Positions 9,376-18,179 of a DNA stretch of 30,548 bases are shown here, piece after piece (within the stretch, counting starts at the first letter, position 1; the number at the start of each line of letters is the position of its first letter). Both the position numbers and the translations under genes were made by a program. The stretch spans positions 1 to 30,548 of the forward strand of contig CAYSMB010000001.1 of the NCBI GenBank assembly GCA_964432005.1, read 5' to 3'. The notes under the pieces are model-generated. The model had not been told where the DNA came from. It searched no databases and worked only from the letters and a program-made list of their open reading frames with translations. The stretch is from an uncultured Halobacteriales archaeon. GTDB lineage: Archaea; Halobacteriota; Halobacteria; Halobacteriales; SKNY01.

Positions 9376-9723
9376 ATGCAGCCGCGTGCAGCCATCGCAG
9401 GACTCGGGGCAGGGATCACCACGTTTCTCGTCGTCGCCGTCATCGTCATCGAGTTACTCGATTTCGAGTTCTCCGGTATCCCCGGACTTCCCGTCGGTCT
9501 CCTGGCCGGAATCGCAGTGCTCGCGTTGGTCATCGCGAGGTACGAGGCCGTTTCCGCCATCCAGCGGGCCGCGATCGACAGGGTATCAGGATTCGGCATC
9601 GGCGCCATCCTGATCCTGGCGCTGGAGTACGTCCATCTCCTCGAGCTCGCTACGGACACGACGGTCGGGGTGGGCTTCCTGATCGGGGGGCTGGCGGGGA
9701 TCGCTTCATGGGTCATGGATTGA
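9376..9723 (+). CDS. Small hypothetical membrane protein (about 4 TM)
   Basis: Hydrophobic 115-aa ORF from ATG 9376 (MQPRAAIAGLGAG) that fills the gap between genes. Confidence 0.65.
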   Translation: MQPRAAIAGLGAGITTFLVVAVIVIELLDFEFSGIPGLPVGLLAGIAVLALVIARYEAVSAIQRAAIDRVSGFGIGAILILALEYVHLLELATDTTVGVGFLIGGLAGIASWVMD

Positions 9724-9799
9724 CTGGCCGCTCCGTCGGCGGGGCCGGTCCGCGTGAACCCCCCGGTGGAGCGTCGCGGCCGACCGAACGGTGTTGCAC

Positions 9800-10318
9800 C
9801 TACGCATCCAGCGCGAAGCTGAGTTCCGACGTTGCCAGTCCGATCGCCGCCCCGATCAACATCGATACGATCGCGGCCACCGTGTGCCCGGGGAGACCGC
9901 TCACGCCGAAGGCGGTCGCGTCGGCCGCGTTGACGCTGAATAACGTTGCATAGCCGAAAAAGGCCCCCGGCGTGAAGGAGAGTAGTGGAACAAAGGCATG
10001 CAGCGAGGCGAGAAACATGAACGCCCCAACCACGAGACTCAGCGCGACGACGCCTCCGCCGAGCCAGGCATCGACGATCGCCAGCGTGAGCCCCGCATAG
10101 ATGATCCCGACGAGGTTGCTCGCGTATCCTCGAACTAGACCGCCGAGGCCCTCGCCGACCGCATAGAAGGTCCCCGACGCGATAAACGCCGGCCAGAGCG
10201 GGATCTCCAAGCCGGCGACGAACCCGTACGTCCACGGGATCGATGCCAGGCCAAACACCACGGCCAGCGACCACGTTCGATTCCATTCGGTGAGCCCGTC
10301 TGGCAGTAGAGACGCCAT
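9800..10318 (-). CDS. DUF1097-like membrane protein
   Basis: W.AFIA..TFYA, SNLVGI.Y, LLSFTPGAFFGYATLF; about 6 TM segments. Confidence 0.75.
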   Translation of the reverse strand: MASLLPDGLTEWNRTWSLAVVFGLASIPWTYGFVAGLEIPLWPAFIASGTFYAVGEGLGGLVRGYASNLVGIIYAGLTLAIVDAWLGGGVVALSLVVGAFMFLASLHAFVPLLSFTPGAFFGYATLFSVNAADATAFGVSGLPGHTVAAIVSMLIGAAIGLATSELSFALDA

Positions 10319-10480
10319 TCGTTACCTCCCCCGTGAAGACGGCGATAGTTAGGTGTCCCTGACGGAACACGCCGGGTGGGACCTCCAGACACGTCGCACG
10401 TCCCGCCATAAATGGTACCAACGAGTTGGGGATAACGCGGAGGCCGGTGGGGCCCGTCGCTATATTTGGAGGCAATTACG

Positions 10481-11476
10481 ATGGTAGAGGTTCCGGTCGA
10501 TCACGTAGAATCGGCAATACGAGCGAAGGGGTTAACCAAGGAGTTTGGGGGCGGCGACGATCGTGTCGTCGCGATCGACGGACTGGACGTGGCCGTCGAG
10601 CCCGGCGAGATATTCGGGTTCCTCGGGCCGAACGGTGCGGGGAAATCCACGACGATCGATCTCCTGCTCGGGTTTACAGAGCCGACGGCCGGACAGGTCT
10701 CGGTGCTCGGCGTCGATCCCGGGACTGCTCCGGAATCGTTCCGCCGTCGGATCGGGACGCTTCCCGAGGGGCTCGGCCTGTACGAACGGCTTTCGGGTCG
10801 CCGCCACCTGGAATTCGCCATTCGGTGGAAGGACGCCGACGATCAGCCCGGGGCCCTGCTCGAGCGGGTCGGCTTGTCCGCCGAGGAGGCGGCGCGGCCG
10901 GTCGGGGAATACTCGAAGGGCATGGAGCAACGGCTGGCCCTGGCAATGGCGCTCGTCGGAAGCCCCGACCTCCTTATCCTGGACGAACCCTCGTCGGGGT
11001 TGGATCCCCACGGCATCCGACGGTTGCGTGAAATCGTCCGGGCGGAGCGCGATCGGGGTGCGACGGTCTTCTTCTCGAGTCACATCCTCGGTCAGGTCGA
11101 GGCCGTGTGCGATCGCGTCGGGATCCTCTATCAGGGCGACCTCGTCGCGGTCGATACCGTGGAAGGATTGCGCAAGACCGTGGGCAGCGGAACCGAGTTG
11201 CGCGTCCGCGTGGCCGACGATCCGGGCATCGCGCTCGGCGATATCGGCGGTGTGCGCGAGGTCGAACGCAGAGATGGCATCATCTCGGTCCAGACCGAAG
11301 ATCCCAGGGCGAAGGCGCGCGTGGTAGCCCGACTGCACGACGCGGGCGTCGAGATCCTGGATATCGACTCCTCGGAGGCGTCCCTGGAGGACGTCTTTAC
11401 CGCCTACACCACCGAGGAGTCCGATCCCCGGACGGATGGACACCGCGCACCGCGAGCGGAGGTGACGGCCATATGA
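10481..11476 (+). CDS. ABC-2 type transporter ATP-binding subunit
   Basis: Walker A GPNGAGKST, signature YSKGME, Walker B LLILDE, switch SSH. Confidence 0.95.
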   Translation: MVEVPVDHVESAIRAKGLTKEFGGGDDRVVAIDGLDVAVEPGEIFGFLGPNGAGKSTTIDLLLGFTEPTAGQVSVLGVDPGTAPESFRRRIGTLPEGLGLYERLSGRRHLEFAIRWKDADDQPGALLERVGLSAEEAARPVGEYSKGMEQRLALAMALVGSPDLLILDEPSSGLDPHGIRRLREIVRAERDRGATVFFSSHILGQVEAVCDRVGILYQGDLVAVDTVEGLRKTVGSGTELRVRVADDPGIALGDIGGVREVERRDGIISVQTEDPRAKARVVARLHDAGVEILDIDSSEASLEDVFTAYTTEESDPRTDGHRAPRAEVTAI

Positions 11477-12369
11477 GCGCGACGTGGACGGACATCGCGC
11501 GCAAGGACGTCGAGGACGCGACGCGATCGCGAGTACTCTGGGGGCTGATCGGGATCTTCGTCGCCTTCCTGGTCATGACGATGCTGTCGGCCGAGGAACT
11601 CGTCGAGGGCGTCGAGACGGTCTCGATCGAACTCGCTCTGGCCGGTGTCGCGACGCTCGCCCAGCTGTTCATCCCCGGCGTTGCGGTGGTGGCCGGCTAC
11701 CTGGCCATCACGGGCGAACGGCGGACCGGGAGCCTCCGGGTGTTGTTGAGCTACCCGTTCTCGAAGCGGGACGTGCTGGTGGGCAAGCTCGTCGGCCGGA
11801 CGGTCGTGACCCTCTCGGCGCTGCTCGTCGGGTTCGTCGTGGCGACGGCTGTGGCGGTCTGGCAGTACGGCGTCCCGCCGGTCATGACGTTCCTCGGGTT
11901 CGTCGGGACGGGCGTGTTGCTGGGTGCGGTGTTTACCGCCCTCGCGGTCGGCGGGTCGGCGATCGCGCGAACCCGTGGGCGGGCGATGAGCCTCACCGTC
12001 GGTCCCTTCGTCGCGATGGTGTTCTTCTGGAAGCCGGTGGTCGTCGGGCTCTACTACACGGCCTATCGCACGCTGCCGGGGATCGAGGCCGAGCGGTGGT
12101 ACCTGCTGCTCGGACAACTCAATCCCCTGGCCGCCTACCGCACCGTCACCGGTGCCGTGCTCGACGAGCCGGTCCAGGCGGTCCCGTATCTCCCCCTGGA
12201 GGACCTGCCCCAGGGCGTCTCGCCCGCTCGGCTCGCGATGGCCGATCGGGTCGCCGGCGAGGTACCCTTCTACCTCCAGGATTGGTTCGGCGTCGTCGTC
12301 CTGCTCGCCTGGGGGATCGTCCCCCTCGTGCTCGGGTACTGGCAGTTTACCCGCAGCGAGCTGGGATAG
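11473..12369 (+). CDS. ABC-2 type permease (NosY-like / ABC2_membrane_2)
   Basis: ATGA overlap with the ATPase gene. ARKDVEDATRSR, AITGERRTGSLRVLLSYPFSKRDVLVGKLVGR, about 6 TM segments. Confidence 0.9.
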   Translation: MSATWTDIARKDVEDATRSRVLWGLIGIFVAFLVMTMLSAEELVEGVETVSIELALAGVATLAQLFIPGVAVVAGYLAITGERRTGSLRVLLSYPFSKRDVLVGKLVGRTVVTLSALLVGFVVATAVAVWQYGVPPVMTFLGFVGTGVLLGAVFTALAVGGSAIARTRGRAMSLTVGPFVAMVFFWKPVVVGLYYTAYRTLPGIEAERWYLLLGQLNPLAAYRTVTGAVLDEPVQAVPYLPLEDLPQGVSPARLAMADRVAGEVPFYLQDWFGVVVLLAWGIVPLVLGYWQFTRSELG

Positions 12370-12387
12370 GGAGGATTACGCGGTATG

Positions 12388-12393
12388 TTTATC
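12388..12393 (+). promoter_or_regulatory. TATA-like box of the BKACE operon
   Basis: TTTATC 23 nt upstream of ATG 12417. Confidence 0.55.
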
Positions 12394-12416
12394 AGCCGGA
12401 CGTGGGACCGTGGGCC

Positions 12417-13355
12417 ATGCGCGACCTCGATCCTGTGGTCATCTCCTGTGCGGTTACGGGGGCCATTCACACGCCGACGATGTCGCCGCACCTCCCCATC
12501 ACGCCCGACGAGATCGTCGAGGAGGCGGTGGCGGCCGCCGACGCCGGCGCCAGCATCGTACACATCCACGTCCGCGATCCGGCGACCGGCGAACCGGTCA
12601 CCGACCTGGACCTGTTCTACGACGTCGCCGAGCGTATCGCCGCGCGGACGGACGTGATCGTCCAGCCGACCACCGGTGGCGCCCCGACGATGGCGCCCGA
12701 AGAGCGCATCCGGGTCGTTCCGGAACTCGAGCCCGAGATGGCCTCGTGTAACATGGGTTCGATCAACTTCGGGCTCTATCCACTCTTGGAAAGGTACGAT
12801 GACTTCGAGTACGACTGGGAACCGGAGTACCTCCGAGGGACCCGCGACCTGATCTTCCAGAACACCTTCGCGGATCTCGAGACGATTCTGCCCGTCTTTG
12901 CCGAACACGGAACGATGCCCGAACTCGAATGCTATGACGTCGGCCATCTGTATAACGCGAAACATCTCGTCGATCAGGAGCTCCTCGAACCCCCGCTGCA
13001 CGTCCAGTTCGTGCTGGGCATCCACGGCGGGATCGGGGCAACCGCCGCGAACCTCGATCACATGATCCAGGTCGCCGAGGAACTGTTCGGCGACGATTAC
13101 TCGTACTCGGTGATCGGCGCCGGCCGGAGGGAATTCCCGCTCGGCGCCCAGGGCGTCTCCATGGGGGGCAACGTCCGCGTCGGTTTGGAGGACAACTTGT
13201 ACCTGGGTCCGGGGACGCTGGCCGAGTCCAACGCCGATCTCGTCGAGAAGATGGTCGATCTGACCCACGAGCTTGCGGGCCGCCGCCCGGCGACACCCGA
13301 CGAGACCCGGACCTTCCTCGGGCTGAAGGGTCAGGGCGAGACCGCCTTCGGGTGA
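12417..13355 (+). CDS. Beta-keto acid cleavage enzyme (BKACE / DUF849, 3-keto-5-aminohexanoate cleavage family)
   Basis: ISCAVTGAIHTP, Zn-binding VHIHVRDP, TTGG, ASCNMGSINFG, ELECYDVGHL, VRVGLEDN. The true start is ATG 12417 inside the longer 11484 ORF. Confidence 0.93.
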   Translation: MRDLDPVVISCAVTGAIHTPTMSPHLPITPDEIVEEAVAAADAGASIVHIHVRDPATGEPVTDLDLFYDVAERIAARTDVIVQPTTGGAPTMAPEERIRVVPELEPEMASCNMGSINFGLYPLLERYDDFEYDWEPEYLRGTRDLIFQNTFADLETILPVFAEHGTMPELECYDVGHLYNAKHLVDQELLEPPLHVQFVLGIHGGIGATAANLDHMIQVAEELFGDDYSYSVIGAGRREFPLGAQGVSMGGNVRVGLEDNLYLGPGTLAESNADLVEKMVDLTHELAGRRPATPDETRTFLGLKGQGETAFG

Positions 13356-14347
13356 CGATGACCGCTGAGATCGACCGGATCGCCGTGATCGGGGCGGGTC
13401 GGATGGGCCACGGGATCGCCCTCACCTACGCACGCCATGGCTACGCGGTCGCCCTCCACGACGCGGATCCGGATGTGTTGGCCTCGAGCGTCCCCCGTAT
13501 CCGTGTGTCCCTGGAAACGATCGCGGAACATGGACTCATGCCCACCGACGAGATCGAGCCGACGCTCGGACGGATGTCCCGCCATCCGTCCCTCCCGGAA
13601 GCGGTGCAAGATGCGGACTTCGTCACCGAGGCGGTCGCGGAGGACATCGGGGTCAAACGGGGGGTGTTCGGGCAACTCGACGCAGCCGCACCGCCGGACG
13701 CTGTGCTGGCGACGAATACCTCCGGCCTGTCGATCGACCGGATCACGGCGCCGGTCGATGACCGACGCCGGGTTCTGGGCACGCATTGGTTCAACCCGCC
13801 GTATATCGTTCCGCTCGTCGAGATCGTCCACGGCGATGACACCGACGCGGCGGTCATCGAGGAGGTCTATGACCTCTTGGAGGAGGTCGGCCAAACGCCG
13901 GTGGTCCTCGAGGAGGACATCCCGGGGTTCATCGGCAACCGGATCCAGATGGCGATGGCGTACGAAGCGCTCTCACTCCTGCAACGGGGCGTCGCGAGCG
14001 CCGCGGATATCGACAAAGCGGTCAAGGCGGGGTTCGGGTTCCGGCTACCGATGATGGGCATCTTCGAGAAGATCGACCAGTCCGGCATCGAGATCCACCA
14101 CGCCGTCGAGGCGTCGCTGATGGAGGACCTCGATCGCGGGACCGAACCCAGTGTGGTGTTGTCCGGACTCGTCGCGGCTGGTGACGACGGTCTCGAAACG
14201 GGTCGCGGCATTTACGACTGGACCGGGCGATCCCCCGAGGACGTATCGGCGGAACGAGACGAGGCGTTACTGGAGATGCGCGCACTCTTCGAGACGACGG
14301 TCGAGGAACCGCCACCGCAACACTACTCCCCGGGGCACGAATCATGA
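13352..14347 (+). CDS. 3-hydroxyacyl-CoA dehydrogenase-family NAD-dependent dehydrogenase (single-module)
   Basis: IGAGRMG, EAVAEDIGVK, LATNTSGL, catalytic HWFNPP...LVE, PGFIGNR. GTGA overlap with the BKACE gene; alternative ATG at 13358. Confidence 0.92.
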   Translation: MTMTAEIDRIAVIGAGRMGHGIALTYARHGYAVALHDADPDVLASSVPRIRVSLETIAEHGLMPTDEIEPTLGRMSRHPSLPEAVQDADFVTEAVAEDIGVKRGVFGQLDAAAPPDAVLATNTSGLSIDRITAPVDDRRRVLGTHWFNPPYIVPLVEIVHGDDTDAAVIEEVYDLLEEVGQTPVVLEEDIPGFIGNRIQMAMAYEALSLLQRGVASAADIDKAVKAGFGFRLPMMGIFEKIDQSGIEIHHAVEASLMEDLDRGTEPSVVLSGLVAAGDDGLETGRGIYDWTGRSPEDVSAERDEALLEMRALFETTVEEPPPQHYSPGHES

Positions 14348-15129
14348 CCGAGGATCTCCACGACCAGACGGCGCTAGTGACCGGCGGCGGACAAGGGATC
14401 GGGCAGGTAATCTGCGAACGCCTTGCGCGCCACGGCGCGGACGTGGCGATCGCCGATCTCCCGGAGGCAGACATCGCCGAAACGAAATCGCTCGTCGAGG
14501 AGGTCGGCCGAGCGGGTCTCGAGGTCCCGCTGGATCTTCGAGAGGAGGATGCGGTGATCCAGGCGGCCGACACCGCCCTCGATCACTTCGATTCGATCGA
14601 GATCCTCGTGAACAATGCCGGGATCGCCGGCCCGACGGCCCCATGCGAAGACGTGACGATCGAACAATGGGATCGCACGATGGACGTCAACCTGCGCGGG
14701 ATGTTCCTGATGACCCGGGAACTCTTGCCCGCGATGAAGCAGACCGGGTACGGACGCATCGTCAACATCGCCTCGATCACCGGGAAACGTCCGCTCTACC
14801 AGCGGACGCCGTATGCGGCCTCCAAGATGGGCGTGATCGGGTTCACCCGGACGCTGGCGGCGGAGGTAGCCGAACACGATATCAATGCGAACGCAATCTG
14901 TCCCGGACCGGTCGAAGGCCCGCGGATTCGACGCGTCTTCGAGGCTCAGGCCGAAGCCCGGGATGTGGCCTCCGCCGAGGTCCGCGAGGAGTTCGAGGCC
15001 GAGATTCCCCGCAACGAGCTAATCCAACCCGAGGACGTCGCCGAGAGTGTCGCGTTCCTGTGCTCGAGCGATGCGACCCGGATCACCGGCGAGGATCTGA
15101 ACGTCGCCGGCGGCCTCGTGATGTATTGA
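14344..15129 (+). CDS. Short-chain dehydrogenase/reductase (SDR)
   Basis: TGGGQGIG, NNAG, catalytic YAASK, ICPGPV. ATGA overlap with the upstream gene. Confidence 0.95.
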   Translation: MTEDLHDQTALVTGGGQGIGQVICERLARHGADVAIADLPEADIAETKSLVEEVGRAGLEVPLDLREEDAVIQAADTALDHFDSIEILVNNAGIAGPTAPCEDVTIEQWDRTMDVNLRGMFLMTRELLPAMKQTGYGRIVNIASITGKRPLYQRTPYAASKMGVIGFTRTLAAEVAEHDINANAICPGPVEGPRIRRVFEAQAEARDVASAEVREEFEAEIPRNELIQPEDVAESVAFLCSSDATRITGEDLNVAGGLVMY

Positions 15130-15142
15130 GGGGGCTCGGCGC

Positions 15143-15812
15143 GGTGCGGTATCGACCGGCCAGTGGCGCGGCCTTCTGGTGTCTCTTCGTGTGGTCGGCG
15201 TCGCGCTTACGTTTGCCCTCCAGCAGCCGCTCTTTTCGCTGATCGGCTGGGTATACATGATCCTCAAACGGCCGTACGGCGTCGGCGACCGCGTCGCGAT
15301 CGAGGGGACCAAGGGCGACGTGGTCGACATCGAATTCTTCGTGACTACGCTGTGGGAGATCAACGGAGAACTCGCCTCGAGCCATCAGCCCTGGGGGCGG
15401 GGCGGGTCGTCGCGATACCGAACTCCGTCGTGCTCTCGGCGCACGTTTCGAATTACACCTACCGGGATCTCCCACGTGGGGAACGAACTGTCCGTGCAGG
15501 TCGCCTACGAAACCGATCTGGCATACGCCCGGGAGCTGATGGTCGAGGAGGCCCCCGCGTATCTCGGCGACGATATGCGTCGGGCCATCGAGCGCTACCG
15601 CGAGGAACTCGCCGAAACGCCAGTGGGACTCGAGATTCGCGATACCGACCGTCAACGTCATCCAGCAGGAGTCGTGGGTCGAATTTCGACTCCGATATTT
15701 GGTCCATCCTCGCCGCGGCCAGATCGTCCGAAACGAGCTGTACGACCGCATCCTCTCACGGATGAACGAGTCGCCAGATCGGGTGGCATTCCCGGTCAGC
15801 CGGAATCGTTGA
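15143..15812 (+). pseudogene. 5'-truncated, multiply frameshifted MscS-family mechanosensitive channel
   Basis: Segments in changing frames: TFALQQPLFSLIGWVY..KRPYGVGDRVAIEGTKGDVVDI; GRVVAIPNSVVLSAHVSNY; NELSVQVAYETDL; PTVNVIQQESWVEFRLRYLVHPRRGQ...FPVSRNR*. The N-terminal TM region is absent. Confidence 0.85.
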
Positions 15813-15855
15813 TCCCGGGTCTCGAACAGGCTGGCCTCCTCCAATGGACATCCGC

Positions 15856-16872
15856 CTACGGGTGAATGAAGACCTTCACCCCTTCGCGTCGTTCGAACGC
15901 GGCGAAGGCTTCCTCGAATGCTTCCATCGGATAGGCCGGTCCGATCGCCGGGCCGAGATCGACCTGGTGGGCGGCGGAGATCGCCTGCCGCCAGTTGTCG
16001 TACTGCCGCGAACGGATGGGCCGATAGCCGATCCCACCTTCGGTCAACGCGTTCGCGGGGAACTCGATCCGGTCGTCCCCATGAAAGAGTCCGATCTGCA
16101 CGATCTCGCCCCCGTTGCGCGTATTCTCGATAAGCGCATCCAGCGCGGAGCGGTGTCCGGCGGCCTCGAACGCGATGTCGACCGGGCCGACGTCGAAGTC
16201 GTCCTCGATGCTGTAAATGTCGTCGGCCCCCATCTCGGCGGCGATGGGCAACCGCGTCCCGCGATCCTCCGGGGCCCCGATCATCGTCACTCGGTTGGCC
16301 CCGCTGACCCGGCACGCCACGAGCACGCCGAGACCGACCGATCCCGGGCCGGTGATCAGCACATCGTCGCCCGGCGCGAACTGGGACTGGTTGAGGCCGT
16401 TGTAGGCCAGGGCGACGAGCTCCAAAAACACGGCCTCGTCGAAGGAGATCGACTCTCCGATCGCGTAGAGGTTCTTGGCGGGCAGGACGGCGTAATCGGC
16501 GAGCGCTCCCGGATGCGTGTGGAGGCCGAATGTCGCCCGGTTCGGACAGATATCCGGCCGGCCTTGTCGGCAGATGCGACACGCCCCGCAGTTCAGCCCC
16601 GGTTCGACGGCCACGCGATCACCGACGCCGACACGCGTGACCTCATCCCCGACGGATTCGACCGTGCCAGCACACTCGTGGCCGAAAATGTGGGGCAACT
16701 GGTCGCGCCACCGTTCCGTTCCGTGGTCCCACTGGTAGATCAGTGCCTCGGCGCCGCCATCGATGCCGACCGATTCGACACGGATGCGCGCTTCCTCGGG
16801 CCTGGGTTCCGGCTTCGGGACGTCCTGGAGCGTCATCCCTGGCGCCGGTTCCTCCTTTACGAGTGCCTGCAT
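15856..16872 (-). CDS. Zn-dependent alcohol dehydrogenase (threonine/sorbitol dehydrogenase-like)
   Basis: GHE, CGACRIC...C, GPGSVG, FEAAG. The first catalytic Zn motif reads GIDGG. Confidence 0.9.
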   Translation of the reverse strand: MQALVKEEPAPGMTLQDVPKPEPRPEEARIRVESVGIDGGAEALIYQWDHGTERWRDQLPHIFGHECAGTVESVGDEVTRVGVGDRVAVEPGLNCGACRICRQGRPDICPNRATFGLHTHPGALADYAVLPAKNLYAIGESISFDEAVFLELVALAYNGLNQSQFAPGDDVLITGPGSVGLGVLVACRVSGANRVTMIGAPEDRGTRLPIAAEMGADDIYSIEDDFDVGPVDIAFEAAGHRSALDALIENTRNGGEIVQIGLFHGDDRIEFPANALTEGGIGYRPIRSRQYDNWRQAISAAHQVDLGPAIGPAYPMEAFEEAFAAFERREGVKVFIHP

Positions 16873-16935
16873 AGCGGCCCTGACGGGGATCGGGTACTCA
16901 TAGGCTTCGACCCGAATATGTCGTGGCCACTAGCG

Positions 16936-16941
16936 TTTATA
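16936..16941 (+). promoter_or_regulatory. TATA box of the esterase gene
   Basis: TTTATA 23 nt upstream of ATG 16965. Confidence 0.6.
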
Positions 16942-16964
16942 CCATTGGCAGAGTCCGGCAACCC

Positions 16965-17903
16965 ATGGACCAGTCCGAACTCCATCCGGATGCCCAGGCA
17001 TATCTCGAACAGTCCGCGGAGGCGCCCGATCTTCACACACTCTCGCCGGAGGAGGCACGGGAATTCTCCCGCCAGATGTCGATCACCTCCGGGGAGCCCG
17101 AACCCGTCGGCGACATCCGCAACGTCGTCGTCCGGGGACAGGGCCACGAGATCCCGGTCCGGGTGTACGTCCCCGACGGTGACCCCCCGTTCCCCACGCT
17201 TGTGTGGGCCCACGGTGGCGGATTCGTCATCGGAGACCTCGATACCGCGGATGCGACCGCGCGGGCACTCACGAACGCGGGCGAATGCGTGGTGGCGTCC
17301 GTCGGCTATCGGCTCACGCCGGAACACCCGTTCCCGGCACCCCAGCGTGACGTCTACGACGCGACGGTGTGGGCGAGCGAGCAGATCCACGAATTCGGGG
17401 GCGATCCGGATCGGCTCGCGGTCGGCGGTGATTCGGCTGGCGGGACGTTGGCGGCTTCTACGACGTTACTGGCACGTGAACGCGATGGTCCCAAAATCGA
17501 CTATCAGTTGCTCGTCTACCCGGCCGTCAACTACTCACAAATCCCGGAGAGCTACGAGATCTTCGCGGATTCGTTCCTCGGGACAGATGCAATGGACTGG
17601 TTCGACGAGTGCTATCTCTCGGATCCGTTGCACGGGTACAACCGGTTTGCCTACCCGCTTGAGGCCTCGGACTTCTCGGGATTGCCGCCGGCGACCGTCC
17701 TCACGGTCGGCTACGATCCCCTTCGCGACGAGGGACAGGCGTACGCCGACGCTCTTGCCGATGCCGACGTCCCCGTGGAAACCCACTACTTCGAGGATAT
17801 GATTCACGGCTTCATCGGGATGCTCGACGAGCCCGAATGGGACCGGACACGCGAGGCGATCGCGGACATCGGTCAGGACCTCCAGGACCATCTCGGGAAC
17901 TGA
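16965..17903 (+). CDS. Alpha/beta hydrolase, hormone-sensitive-lipase (family IV) esterase
   Basis: Oxyanion hole HGGGF, nucleophile GDSAGG, acid DPLRDEG, base HGF. Confidence 0.95.
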   Translation: MDQSELHPDAQAYLEQSAEAPDLHTLSPEEAREFSRQMSITSGEPEPVGDIRNVVVRGQGHEIPVRVYVPDGDPPFPTLVWAHGGGFVIGDLDTADATARALTNAGECVVASVGYRLTPEHPFPAPQRDVYDATVWASEQIHEFGGDPDRLAVGGDSAGGTLAASTTLLARERDGPKIDYQLLVYPAVNYSQIPESYEIFADSFLGTDAMDWFDECYLSDPLHGYNRFAYPLEASDFSGLPPATVLTVGYDPLRDEGQAYADALADADVPVETHYFEDMIHGFIGMLDEPEWDRTREAIADIGQDLQDHLGN

Positions 17904-17943
17904 GCTCGATGGCGTCGGAAGTCGTCATAGATCCCGTCAATAC

Positions 17944-17969
17944 TGACAGCAAAACCCAGGGTTTTGTCA
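17944..17969. repeat. Imperfect inverted repeat TGAC-AGC-AAAACCC-A-GGGTTTT-GTCA
   Basis: Perfect 7-bp arms AAAACCC/GGGTTTT around a single A, with outer TGAC/GTCA, in the 276-bp intergenic gap. Confidence 0.7.
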
Positions 17970-18179
17970 AGCGATCGCCCACCTTCTCACCGGAGGATCG
18001 GGTTCAGACGTCCGACTCTCGGGACATGGTTTGTCGCCCGTTCTCCCCGTTTCCGAACCCGTCCTCCGCATTGCTTGATCCCCATACTCGCGTCTCTCGC
18101 AATTGGTGCACTGGGTTCGACCGATCGATCGAGGACCATATTTGCTAGCAGAGCGAATACACTCACCTCGAGTCCCACC

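Noticed and set aside
10413-10430. Short palindromes TGGTACCA and CCAACGAGTTGG between DUF1097 and the ABC genes
   Set aside because: Too short to distinguish from chance in GC-rich DNA.
11484-12416. N-terminal extension of the BKACE ORF (623 aa in the track)
   Set aside because: It overlaps the ABC permease in another frame. Family homology and a TATA box point to ATG 12417.
15844-17802. 652-aa plus-strand ORF
   Set aside because: It is antisense to the Zn-dehydrogenase and out of frame with the esterase, is Arg/Pro-rich and has no motifs. This is a typical high-GC shadow ORF.
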